From: a virus
Direction: 5' to 3' (one strand)
Virus record (IMG/VR): IMGVR_UViG_3300009545_000021
Span: 5,949 to 69,948 of that record
Length of the DNA: 64,000 nt
Shown piece by piece: positions 10,751-18,511 of this stretch. Position 1 is the first letter of the stretch. Every line of letters begins with the position of its first letter. Position numbers and translations under genes: made by a program. Under the pieces are notes generated by a model. The model worked only from the letters and a program-made list of their open reading frames with translations, searched no databases and was not told the DNA's origin.

Positions 10751-11061
10751 CCTATCTCGAGGCCCTCAGGGCGATGGAGACCGGGCGCCTAGTTCGTCGT
10801 CAGGGCTGGCCGCCGCTGCAGACCTTGCGGCGTTCGCTGCGCCGGCGCGTTCGGACGGATGAGTTCGGCCAGCCGTTGCGCGACCCTGGCGGCAACGCGA
10901 TCTGGGAATGGGCCCCATGTTTGGAGGAGCGGCTTATGGGGCGGGTTGTCTGGTCGGGCTGGGAACCGTTGCTCGAAGACATGCAGGGCGAGGATTGGCT
11001 GGTGGCGGCCGAGATCTGCGATCGCCCCTCGAAAAGGGAGAGGGTGAAGCATGCCGTCTGA
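10747..11061 (+). CDS. DUF2829 / Tad2-like protein
   Basis: MTYLEALRAMETGRLVRRQGW...WEPLLEDMQGEDWLV matches the family's N- and C-terminal motifs. Confidence 0.65.
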   Translation: MTYLEALRAMETGRLVRRQGWPPLQTLRRSLRRRVRTDEFGQPLRDPGGNAIWEWAPCLEERLMGRVVWSGWEPLLEDMQGEDWLVAAEICDRPSKRERVKHAV

Positions 11062-11429
11062 GGCGATGGAAGGCGCGCGCGTCGCTGCCGAAATCAACCT
11101 GATCGTCAATCGCAAGCGCTTTGTGCACTACGCGCATTCGGGCGACCCGCGCCGGGATGACTGGGTCGAGGTGGTGTCGGGCTATGTCGAGGGCTCGACG
11201 GTGGTCAAGCGTTGGCCGACCTCGGCCGAGGCGCAGGCGGCGTGGGAGGCGGAGTATGTTCGGCTCTTCGCCGGCCATGGAGATTTTAACAGCGTCGAGT
11301 GGCGGGTGCAGCCGGAAGTCGATCACGACAACATCGGGTGGGCGATTTATTCGCGGCTGCGGCTGTTCGCGTCCGGCGAGTGATCACGCTGATTTGATCC
11401 CCGTCGGCTTTCCGGGTTCAGTATGGTTT

Positions 11430-11533
11430 GGGTCCCATGGTTGTCGGGCGCGCCGGGTGGGAGCTGGGCGGCGCGAGGTTTGATCCTTCATTTGGCTAGG
11501 ATCGAGCGCGCTATCTGACGATTATGAAGGCCC
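11430..11533 (+). ncRNA. putative structured intergenic RNA
   Basis: Long closing stem GGGTC-CATGGTTGTCGGG-CGCGC / GCGCG-TCTGACGATTATG-GGCCC with many G-U pairs; inner hairpin TTGATCCT/AGGATCGA. Confidence 0.45.
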
Positions 11534-11818
11534 CGCGATCCTGCCCTCCAATCAGCGGATTGCGGCCCGGCTCCACGATTTTGAGGAAAGATCATGCAAG
11601 ACACGCAAGAGTTCAGCGATCTGCGCGAACGGGTTCGTTCCGGCACCAGGCTGCGGCAAGCGGCGAACCAGTTTTTGGCGCAGCTGTCGCTCGACGGGGA
11701 TTTCGATCATGAGGCCGAAGAGGGCAGCAGTTGCCCGGTCTGCGCGGCCATGTTCGTGCTCGAGCAGGCGATCGGCGGGGATTTCAGCCTGATGCCGGAA
11801 ACGGAAGGGCCGTGACGA

Positions 11819-12040
11819 ATGACCGGTGACGACTGGTGCCCGATCGAGACAGCGCCGAAAGATGGCACCAAGATTTTGCTTGGACGCTTCGTCGAGGGCG
11901 ATGACTACGACGGCATCATGAGCGTCGATCGGTATCGGCGACCGGAAGACAATGCCGGGTGGGTCGGCTTTGGGCTTTTCAACATGCGCTGGTGGCCGCC
12001 GACGCATTGGATGCCGCTTCCCTCGAGGCCGCGGCGGTAG
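11819..12040 (+). CDS. DUF551-like protein
   Basis: WCPIETAPKDGT...PTHWMPLP. Confidence 0.8.
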   Translation: MTGDDWCPIETAPKDGTKILLGRFVEGDDYDGIMSVDRYRRPEDNAGWVGFGLFNMRWWPPTHWMPLPSRPRR

Positions 12041-12177
12041 GCCAATCTTCCCGCCTCAGGATCGGAAGGGCGCGAGCGCGCCATAGGTTTTTCTGCTCTC
12101 GGTATAGTGCGTCTCCCAGGTGCCGCCATTGCAGGCGACAGCGAGGAGGGCGGCGAAGTGCTCGACCGCTTCGGGCT

Positions 12178-12687
12178 TCATACGGCGCCCTCGGTCACCT
12201 GCAGGAGCTGCAGCCGCAGCTTTTCAACCGCCAGCGTCTCGGCCGTGAGCTGCCAGTCCAGCATGTCGCGGTGCTTGGCGAGGATCTTCAATTTCAGCTC
12301 CTGGATGTGCTTCTCGCTGATGAGGATATAGTCCAGAAAGGCGTCGTCGGCTTCTTCGGCCTTGTCGCGCGCATTGGCGCGCCACAAGGCGTTCTCGGCT
12401 TCGGTTTTCTTCAAGTCCACCTCGAAGCGTTCGACCGCCTTTTGCAGCGCATCCATCTTTTCGAGCAGATAGACCACCAGGTCGGCGCGATCGGGCCACA
12501 CCAGGTCGTTGCCGGGATTGTCCGCCTGCCAGCGCTTGATGGCGCGCATGTCGGCTTTCCAGCTCAGGTCGAACGTCGCCTGCAATTGGTCGGCCCGTTC
12601 GACAGCGCAATTGTGATGACCGGCGTGCCGCCAGCAGCCGTCGAAATGGGTCTGGCCCGGGTTGTCGGGGTGGGGAAGATCGGTCAT
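12178..12687 (-). CDS. hypothetical protein with coiled-coil C-terminus
   Basis: HFDGCWRHAGHHNCAV N-terminal motif, heptad-rich tail. Confidence 0.55.
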   Translation of the reverse strand: MTDLPHPDNPGQTHFDGCWRHAGHHNCAVERADQLQATFDLSWKADMRAIKRWQADNPGNDLVWPDRADLVVYLLEKMDALQKAVERFEVDLKKTEAENALWRANARDKAEEADDAFLDYILISEKHIQELKLKILAKHRDMLDWQLTAETLAVEKLRLQLLQVTEGAV

Positions 12688-12854
12688 TTCAATACCCATA
12701 CAAAGGCCCAAACGATGAAAGTGAGGGCGGTCCACTCGACGATTTTGACCAGCGCGTCCGGCCAAGACATGCACGTTCTCCTGCAAATCCGAACATTTGA
12801 TTTGCATCCTGAAAAATTGGAAATCAAATCTACGTTTTTATCGGGAGTGAGCCC

Positions 12855-13178
12855 ATGGCCGATGCCGTCGATCCGATTGTCAAAGACCTGGCCAAGGCCA
12901 TCGGCGAAAAATTCGACCAGCAACTTTTCGACAAGATGAGCTTGCTCGACGACCCGAAACAGGCAACGGCCTTGGCTTACATGGCGGCGCTGCACACATG
13001 CATCTTCGCGGCAAAAATAACCGCCATCGGTCTGATGCACGGGCCGGAACACGCCGGCACGATCAAGGCGATGACGGAGGCGAACGAGACGGTGATCGAC
13101 CTCATCACCCGGGGCATGCGCACGGGCATGGCCATCTTGGAGCGGACGCAGCGTGGGCGGACATCTGCGCCTGGCTGA
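12855..13178 (+). CDS. hypothetical protein
   Basis: GGGAG RBS; divergent from 12687 across an AT-rich gap with inverted repeats. Confidence 0.55.
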   Translation: MADAVDPIVKDLAKAIGEKFDQQLFDKMSLLDDPKQATALAYMAALHTCIFAAKITAIGLMHGPEHAGTIKAMTEANETVIDLITRGMRTGMAILERTQRGRTSAPG

Positions 13179-13260
13179 AGGCGAACGGGCTGGAGATGCA
13201 CGTCACGCTCAAGGGCGAGGTCTGGTTCTGTACGGCTCGCACAAAAAGACCGCGACGTCC

Positions 13261-13290
13261 TTGACCGCGCAAAAGCGCGACGATAGGACT
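13261..13290 (+). promoter_or_regulatory. putative sigma70 promoter for the ncRNA locus
   Basis: TTGACC-17 nt-TAGGAC directly before about 570 nt of structured non-coding sequence. Confidence 0.55.
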
Positions 13291-13472
13291 CATAAACAGA
13301 GCGCATCGGTTGCGAAGGCCCCTTAATCCTCCCACGGGAGGGGTCGAGCCCTGGGTGATCAGGGCTTTCGGGTGCGCTCATCCTCTTCCTGTAGCGAGCG
13401 CAGACATGCGCTATCGGGCGGGCAGGGAGGCCGAGAAGGGGGATGCCCCGTTATCGAGCCTCCCGTAAGTTT

Positions 13473-13547
13473 AGCCGGGGCGAATGCTCGGCGGGTCTAC
13501 ATTCTGTCGAAATGAACGGACTCGCCAACCAACTCGTCGCCCCGGCT
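13473..13547 (+). ncRNA. Y RNA-like unit 1 (Ro-binding-type stem, no tRNA module)
   Basis: Terminal stem AGCCGGGGCG/CGCCCCGGCT, GGCGAATG motif, inner stem GGCGGGTC/GACTCGCC, TACATT. Confidence 0.7.
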
Positions 13548-13554
13548 TTCTCGA

Positions 13555-13690
13555 TCGACGTCGAGACGAATGCGGGTCGTGATTACATTGCTGGATCTTG
13601 GTTCGAATCCAAGTTGCTCCCTCGGGAGCGATGGCCGAATGGTAAGGCAAACGAAAGACATCACGTCCTATTTTGTCGTCTCGACGTCGA
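13555..13690 (+). ncRNA. YrlA-like Y RNA unit 2 with permuted tRNA module
   Basis: Stem TCGACGTCGAGACG/CGTCTCGACGTCGA, GACGAATG, TACATTG; T arm CTTGG-TTCGAAT-CCAAG, capped acceptor-like stem TTGCTCC/GGAGCGA, D arm GCC-GAATGGTAA-GGC. Confidence 0.85.
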
Positions 13691-13696
13691 CCCGTT

Positions 13697-13838
13697 CGAC
13701 GCTGCCGCGAATGCCTGTGTGACTACATTGTAAGCTTGAGGTCGTCGGTTCGATTCCGATCGCTGGGCGCAAGCCCGGTGTAGCTCAGGGGTTAGAGCGC
13801 AAGAGGACGTCATGCATTCCCTTGTCGCGGCAGCGTCG
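13697..13838 (+). ncRNA. YrlA-like Y RNA unit 3 with permuted tRNA module
   Basis: Stem CGACGCTGCCGCG/CGCGGCAGCGTCG, CGCGAATG, TACATTG; T arm GTCGG-TTCGATT-CCGAT, stem CGCTGGGC-GCAA-GCCCGGTG, D arm GCTC-AGGGGTTA-GAGC. Confidence 0.85.
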
Positions 13839-13867
13839 TTTCCTCCTCACGCCCTTGTGATCGGACA

Positions 13868-13884
13868 TTCCAGAATTTCTGGAA
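13868..13884. promoter_or_regulatory. operator-like palindrome before the vWA gene
   Basis: TTCCAGA-ATT-TCTGGAA, same half-sites as the operator at 60392-60406. Confidence 0.65.
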
Positions 13885-13888
13885 TTAG

Positions 13889-14683
13889 ATGACGGCCTCG
13901 CAACCGGGACCCCACCCCATGCAGCACGATTTCATTCTGCTCGACCGTTCGCAATCCATGGATTCACACTGGAGCGAAGCCCTCGCCGCGGTCAACACCT
14001 ACGTCGCCAAGCTCGCCGCCGACAAGGTCGATACCGGCGTCACGCTGGCGGTTTTCGATACCGTCGTCGGCCAGCCGAGCTTCGATATCCTGCGCGATCG
14101 CATCATCCCCTCGACCTGGCACCCGGTCGAAACGCGCGAGGCTTTTCCGCGTGGCATGACGCCGCTCTATGACAGCGTCGCCAAGATCGTCCACCTCGCC
14201 GAGCAGGGCAATTACAGCAAGGTCGCGATCATCATCATGACCGACGGCGAGGAGAATTCGAGCAAGGAGTACGACCGCAAGGGCGCGGCGGACCTGCTCG
14301 ACAAATGCCGCGCCAAGGATTGGGCGGTGATCTTCCTCGGCGCCTCGTTTGACAACCGTGTGCAGGCGGCCGGTCTCGGCGCGACGCGCAAGATGTCGGT
14401 GCCGATGTCCGCCGGCAATTACGTCTCCACCATCAACACCCTGTCGGCCAAGCGCGGGCTCTATGCCAGCGGTGCGGCGACGATGGACTCGATGGAGTTC
14501 AGCGACGCCGAGCTGGCCGAAGCTGTCACCCCGGCACCGGTCTGGGTGCCCGATCCCAATTATGCGCAGCCGGCGGATTTCGATCCGACGCCGAGCGCCG
14601 GTTCGCCGCCCGACAGCGCGCAGCCGGGCTCTTCGAGCAGTGATGATTCCGCCGCTTCGGTCGACGTAGGGTCCTCGACATGA
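13889..14683 (+). CDS. von Willebrand factor A (vWA) domain protein with acidic P/S-rich tail (start may be 13919)
   Basis: MIDAS DRSQS, GMTPLYD, IIIMTDGEENSS. Confidence 0.88.
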   Translation: MTASQPGPHPMQHDFILLDRSQSMDSHWSEALAAVNTYVAKLAADKVDTGVTLAVFDTVVGQPSFDILRDRIIPSTWHPVETREAFPRGMTPLYDSVAKIVHLAEQGNYSKVAIIIMTDGEENSSKEYDRKGAADLLDKCRAKDWAVIFLGASFDNRVQAAGLGATRKMSVPMSAGNYVSTINTLSAKRGLYASGAATMDSMEFSDAELAEAVTPAPVWVPDPNYAQPADFDPTPSAGSPPDSAQPGSSSSDDSAASVDVGSST

Positions 14684-15012
14684 TTTCGCGCCGCGGCTTC
14701 GTCACCGGCCTGGTCGGTCTCCTGGCCGCGCCGGCGATCGTCAAGTATGAATGGATCATGCCGGTGAAATCGCCGGTGATCGGCAACGCAATCATCAATA
14801 AAATGCATCTTCTGACCAACCCGGCTCCGATCTTGGAGGGTTGGAAGTTTCTCGGTTGGCAACATGCCGTATACGACGCGGCAACCGGCCTCTACCGCAT
14901 GGGTCCTTTGGAGCCGTGTGACCGCCCAACAGAACAAGGGTTCATGTTTTCCAAATGGGGACATGACCCGCCATGCGAGAACCCAAACGCGCCCGTCGCC
15001 GTCGCGACCTAG
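14680..15012 (+). CDS. small protein with twin-arginine-like leader
   Basis: MISRRGFVTGLVGLLAAPAIVKYEWIMPV. Confidence 0.65.
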   Translation: MISRRGFVTGLVGLLAAPAIVKYEWIMPVKSPVIGNAIINKMHLLTNPAPILEGWKFLGWQHAVYDAATGLYRMGPLEPCDRPTEQGFMFSKWGHDPPCENPNAPVAVAT

Positions 15013-15164
15013 AGCGCATGAAAGCCCGTTGCCGCCGCATCTATCCGCATGACGTCAATGGCAAGCTCGCCAACAACCTGAAGCCTTGCTCTTGCTCTAT
15101 GGGATGCGGCAATCGCCGCTCCTATGACGGCCCGAAACGCCAGGAGCTGCCATGTCGGGACTGA
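14973..15164 (+). CDS. small basic Cys-containing phage protein
   Basis: KPCSCSMGCGNRR; Arg-rich N-terminus. Confidence 0.5.
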   Translation: MREPKRARRRRDLERMKARCRRIYPHDVNGKLANNLKPCSCSMGCGNRRSYDGPKRQELPCRD

Positions 15165-15484
15165 TCACCCGCCGCAACTTCGTCGCCGGCCTGGCGGTTG
15201 CGCTGGCTGCACCGGCCATCGTGAAATACGAGTGGATCATGCCGGTTCGCTCGCTCAAGCCGGCGGTGATCCCGCCGCCGCAGCCCGAGATTGTTTTGGG
15301 TTACTATGCATTTTCAGAGGTCAGCGTGCCGGATGCCCTCAAGCGGGGTTGGTGGCGCGTTCGGCGCCTTTACATGAAAGATGGCAACGTCGAGATCTAC
15401 CGGGAATTCACGCCCTACGATCCTCGCCTTGGCGAGCCTTACCCCTACGTTCTGGATAAGTGGACGGAAACGCTCTCGACCTGA
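15152..15484 (+). CDS. second small protein with twin-arginine-like leader
   Basis: GGAG RBS; MSGLITRRNFVAGLAVALAAPAIVKYEWIMPV. Confidence 0.65.
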   Translation: MSGLITRRNFVAGLAVALAAPAIVKYEWIMPVRSLKPAVIPPPQPEIVLGYYAFSEVSVPDALKRGWWRVRRLYMKDGNVEIYREFTPYDPRLGEPYPYVLDKWTETLST

Positions 15485-17193
15485 CCCTGCGTCGGGCCCT
15501 CGCCAACGAACAGGCCGCTCTGCTCGAGCTGGACCGGATCGATTGCGAGGAGTCACTGTCGACCTTCGTGCGCGGAGGCTGGCGTTTTATCGATCCCGCG
15601 CCCCTGGTCTGGGGTTGGCACCTGGACGCCATTGCCGAGCACCTGCAGGGGGTGATGCTCGGTCATATCCGCAACCTTCTGATCAATGTGCCGCCGCGGT
15701 CCTCGAAATCCTCGATGATCTCGGTGGCCTTTCCGGCCTTCGTCTGGGCGCAACGCGAGCGCGGCCCGCTCGCCGGCCCGCAGGTGCAATTCCTCTGCGC
15801 CTCCTACGCGCAGCCGCTCTCCAACACCCTGTCGATCAAGTGCCGCAGCCTGATGCAGTCGCGCTGGTATCAGGAACGCTGGGGGGATCGGTTTCAGCTC
15901 GCCGGCGACCAGAACCGCGTCACCCGCTTCAACAACACCGAAAACGGCTACCGCATCGCCACTTCGGTTGATGGCGGCGCTACCGGCGAGGGCGGCAACG
16001 TCCTGATCATCGACGACGCGGTTTCGGCCAAGGAAGGCAATTCCGAGGCGCACCGGCTCGCTGCGAACGAATGGTGGGACACCACCATGTCGACCCGCCT
16101 CAACAACCCGGAGGTCGACGCCCGCATCATCGTCGCACAGCGCCTGCACGAAGACGACCTGCCCGGCCACGTCCTCGACAAGGACGATGGCAACGAATGG
16201 ACGCACCTCAATCTGCCGATGCGCTACGAAAGCGACCGGCATTGCGTCACCGTTTTGATGTGGGACGAGGAGGGCCAGCCGGCCAAGACCTGGCAAGATC
16301 CGCGCCTGGTCGAGGGCGAGCTGCTTTGCCCGGCCCGTTTCACCGATCGCGTCGTCTCCCGGCTCGAGCGCGATCTGGGTCCCTACAACGCCGCCGGCCA
16401 GCTGCAGCAGCGCCCCGAGCCCAAGGGCGGCGGCATCTTCAAATATGAGTGGTGGCAGCCTTTCGGCAATCCGACCGACCTCGCCGACCCGCTTTATCGC
16501 AAGTATCCCAAGTTCGATTACGTCGTCGCCTCGCTCGACACGGCCTATACCGAAAAACAGGAGAACGACTTTTCGGCCATGACGTTGTGGGGCGTCTGGT
16601 CTGGAAGGGCCCTCCCGATCTCGCCCGCCCGGGCCGATCGGGAGGGCAACCGCTACAACACCGGCGAAGAATCCCGCTGGCGTGATGCGATCGACGCGAC
16701 TAAGATCATGCTAGTTTGGGCGTGGCAGGAGCGTTTGGACCTGCACAGCCTGGTCAAGAAGGCGGCGCAGACCTGCAAGGATTTCAAGGTCGACCGGCTG
16801 CTGATCGAGGCGAAGGCCTCCGGCATCTCGGTGGCGCAGGAAATCCGCCGGCTCTACCTCAACGAAAGCTGGGGCGTTCAGCTCATCAACCCGGGCAACC
16901 TCGACAAGGTGGCGCGGGCCTATTCGGTGCAGCATCTGTTTTCGGAAGGCATGATTTGGGCGCCCTATCACGGCGACCAGCCGCGCAGCTGGGTCGAGCC
17001 GGTGATGCGGCAGATGGCCAGTTTCCCCAAAGCAACGCATGACGACTTGACCGATAGCGCCACGATGGCGCTGCGGCATTTGCGCGATGTCGGCTTTGCC
17101 GTGCGCTCTGCCGAAATCGAGGAGGAAATCGACCGTAGCCTGACCTATAGAGGCAAGCCGCCCGCGCCGCTTTATCCCGGCTGCGGCGCATGA
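15460..17193 (+). CDS. terL: terminase large subunit
   Basis: LLINVPPRSSKS Walker A variant, LIIDD Walker B, QRLHEDDL, nuclease SLDTA...IEAKASG...HDDLTDS. Confidence 0.95.
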   Translation: MDGNALDLTLRRALANEQAALLELDRIDCEESLSTFVRGGWRFIDPAPLVWGWHLDAIAEHLQGVMLGHIRNLLINVPPRSSKSSMISVAFPAFVWAQRERGPLAGPQVQFLCASYAQPLSNTLSIKCRSLMQSRWYQERWGDRFQLAGDQNRVTRFNNTENGYRIATSVDGGATGEGGNVLIIDDAVSAKEGNSEAHRLAANEWWDTTMSTRLNNPEVDARIIVAQRLHEDDLPGHVLDKDDGNEWTHLNLPMRYESDRHCVTVLMWDEEGQPAKTWQDPRLVEGELLCPARFTDRVVSRLERDLGPYNAAGQLQQRPEPKGGGIFKYEWWQPFGNPTDLADPLYRKYPKFDYVVASLDTAYTEKQENDFSAMTLWGVWSGRALPISPARADREGNRYNTGEESRWRDAIDATKIMLVWAWQERLDLHSLVKKAAQTCKDFKVDRLLIEAKASGISVAQEIRRLYLNESWGVQLINPGNLDKVARAYSVQHLFSEGMIWAPYHGDQPRSWVEPVMRQMASFPKATHDDLTDSATMALRHLRDVGFAVRSAEIEEEIDRSLTYRGKPPAPLYPGCGA

Positions 17194-17294
17194 TGACGAG
17201 CCGATCCTATCGGGCTTGCGCGTCAAAACCCCGCTGGACACAGCTAGATCTTTTCGGCACCATCGCCGGCGCAACCACCATATGGATCGCCGCC

Positions 17295-17642
17295 ATGGAC
17301 CTCGAAGACCGTCGGGACCCTCCGACCGGACGCCAGATTCAAAAAGCTCGCCGCACGCTGAAGTGGAACGCCACGCGCCTGGCCGACGTCGCCGGCGTTT
17401 CGCACGGCATCATCGAAAACTGGGAAGCCGAATATCGCGTCAGCCGCCCCATTCACCGGGAAATGGTGCGCGCCACGCTCGAAGCGGCCGGGTTCCGCTT
17501 TCTCGACGACAGTGAGAGCGAAAAAGACCGGGTCGTCTGGGCCAAGAACGGCGAGCCGGTCGAAGAGCCGCCGCTGCCCAAGAACATCGTCAAGATCAAG
17601 CAGAAGGCCGCCGAGCGAAAGGCAGCGTTAACGGCTTCTTAA
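17295..17642 (+). CDS. XRE-family HTH protein
   Basis: TGRQIQKARRTLKWNATRLADVAGVSHGIIENWE. Confidence 0.8.
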   Translation: MDLEDRRDPPTGRQIQKARRTLKWNATRLADVAGVSHGIIENWEAEYRVSRPIHREMVRATLEAAGFRFLDDSESEKDRVVWAKNGEPVEEPPLPKNIVKIKQKAAERKAALTAS

Positions 17643-17734
17643 GCTTGTTCCACATTTCGTGGATTTTTCGGCCAAGGTGTGATTCACTGGCTCTGCAATA
17701 CGCGAGGTCACCCCGCGTTCCCAAGGAGCCCCCG

Positions 17735-17929
17735 ATGATCATTAGCCCTGACCAATCAAAACGTTATCGCCTGGCCTTGAACTGGACCGTCGAGCGTCTC
17801 GCCGACCTGACCGGCCTGAGCCGCTCGACCCTTTATGGCTGGGAAGCCGGCAAACGGCTCATCCGCCAGTCCAATCTGCGCATGATCCGCGCCACGTTCG
17901 ACGGCGCCATGGAAGCCTTGAGGACGTAA
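17735..17929 (+). CDS. XRE-family HTH protein
   Basis: AAGGAG RBS; RLALNWTVERLADLTGLSRSTLYGWEAG. Confidence 0.8.
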   Translation: MIISPDQSKRYRLALNWTVERLADLTGLSRSTLYGWEAGKRLIRQSNLRMIRATFDGAMEALRT

Positions 17930-17930
17930 C

Positions 17931-18311
17931 ATGCGCCTTTCCCACCGCCTGGTCGGTTGGGCTTATCGGCTGAGCGCCGCGCTGCACAAGCGCGGCCTCG
18001 TTGCCTGGTCCCTGACCTTCGCCGACGACAATGTCAGCCGCGCCGATCTCGACAAGGCGGCCGACACGATTTTCGACCGTCTCGGTGAGGATGTCCGCAC
18101 CGCGGCGCGCTGGCGCAAAGGTGAGGCCGAAATCCTCGGGGATCGCCTCTCCCGCCGCTACGATCTCGGCATGGCGCTGAACGAGGCCGCCAATCGCGCC
18201 TTGCAGGATCGCGCGCAGGCCAAGAAGCAAGAACAGCCGTTGACGGGCACGCAGTCGGCGGCGCTCGAATTCCAAAAGCGTTATCTGCAGGATCTGATCA
18301 ACAAGTCTTGA
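17931..18311 (+). CDS. hypothetical protein
   Basis: GAGGA RBS; coupled to the upstream HTH gene. Confidence 0.5.
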   Translation: MRLSHRLVGWAYRLSAALHKRGLVAWSLTFADDNVSRADLDKAADTIFDRLGEDVRTAARWRKGEAEILGDRLSRRYDLGMALNEAANRALQDRAQAKKQEQPLTGTQSAALEFQKRYLQDLINKS

Positions 18312-18511
18312 TGCGGCATCCGCCTCATCCTTCCGGGCGTCCGCGCCCGCCGCGTCGTCTCGGTATTGTTTCCAGAGTGCAGGGCCAGCCGCAGGGATTT
18401 TTGAATCCGCGGCTCGAGGGTCCCTGGCACGACACGCGCGCTTTCGGCTTCACCGATCCCCGCCGCGATTACCTCATCGCTGACGAGGAGCAGGACAAGC
18501 GCCGCTAAATC

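Noticed and set aside
13443-13733. 96-aa ORF over the Y-like array
   Set aside because: No recognisable motif; runs through clear RNA structure; likely spurious
13730-13803. Permuted functional tRNA gene or two-piece alphaproteobacterial tmRNA
   Set aside because: Acceptor stem is closed by a GCAA tetraloop with no CCA, a full D stem is present, no tag reading frame seen, and the module is nested in a Y RNA-type stem
13473-13838. CRISPR mini-array
   Set aside because: No identical direct repeats; only short motifs and structure are shared; unit lengths differ; no cas genes
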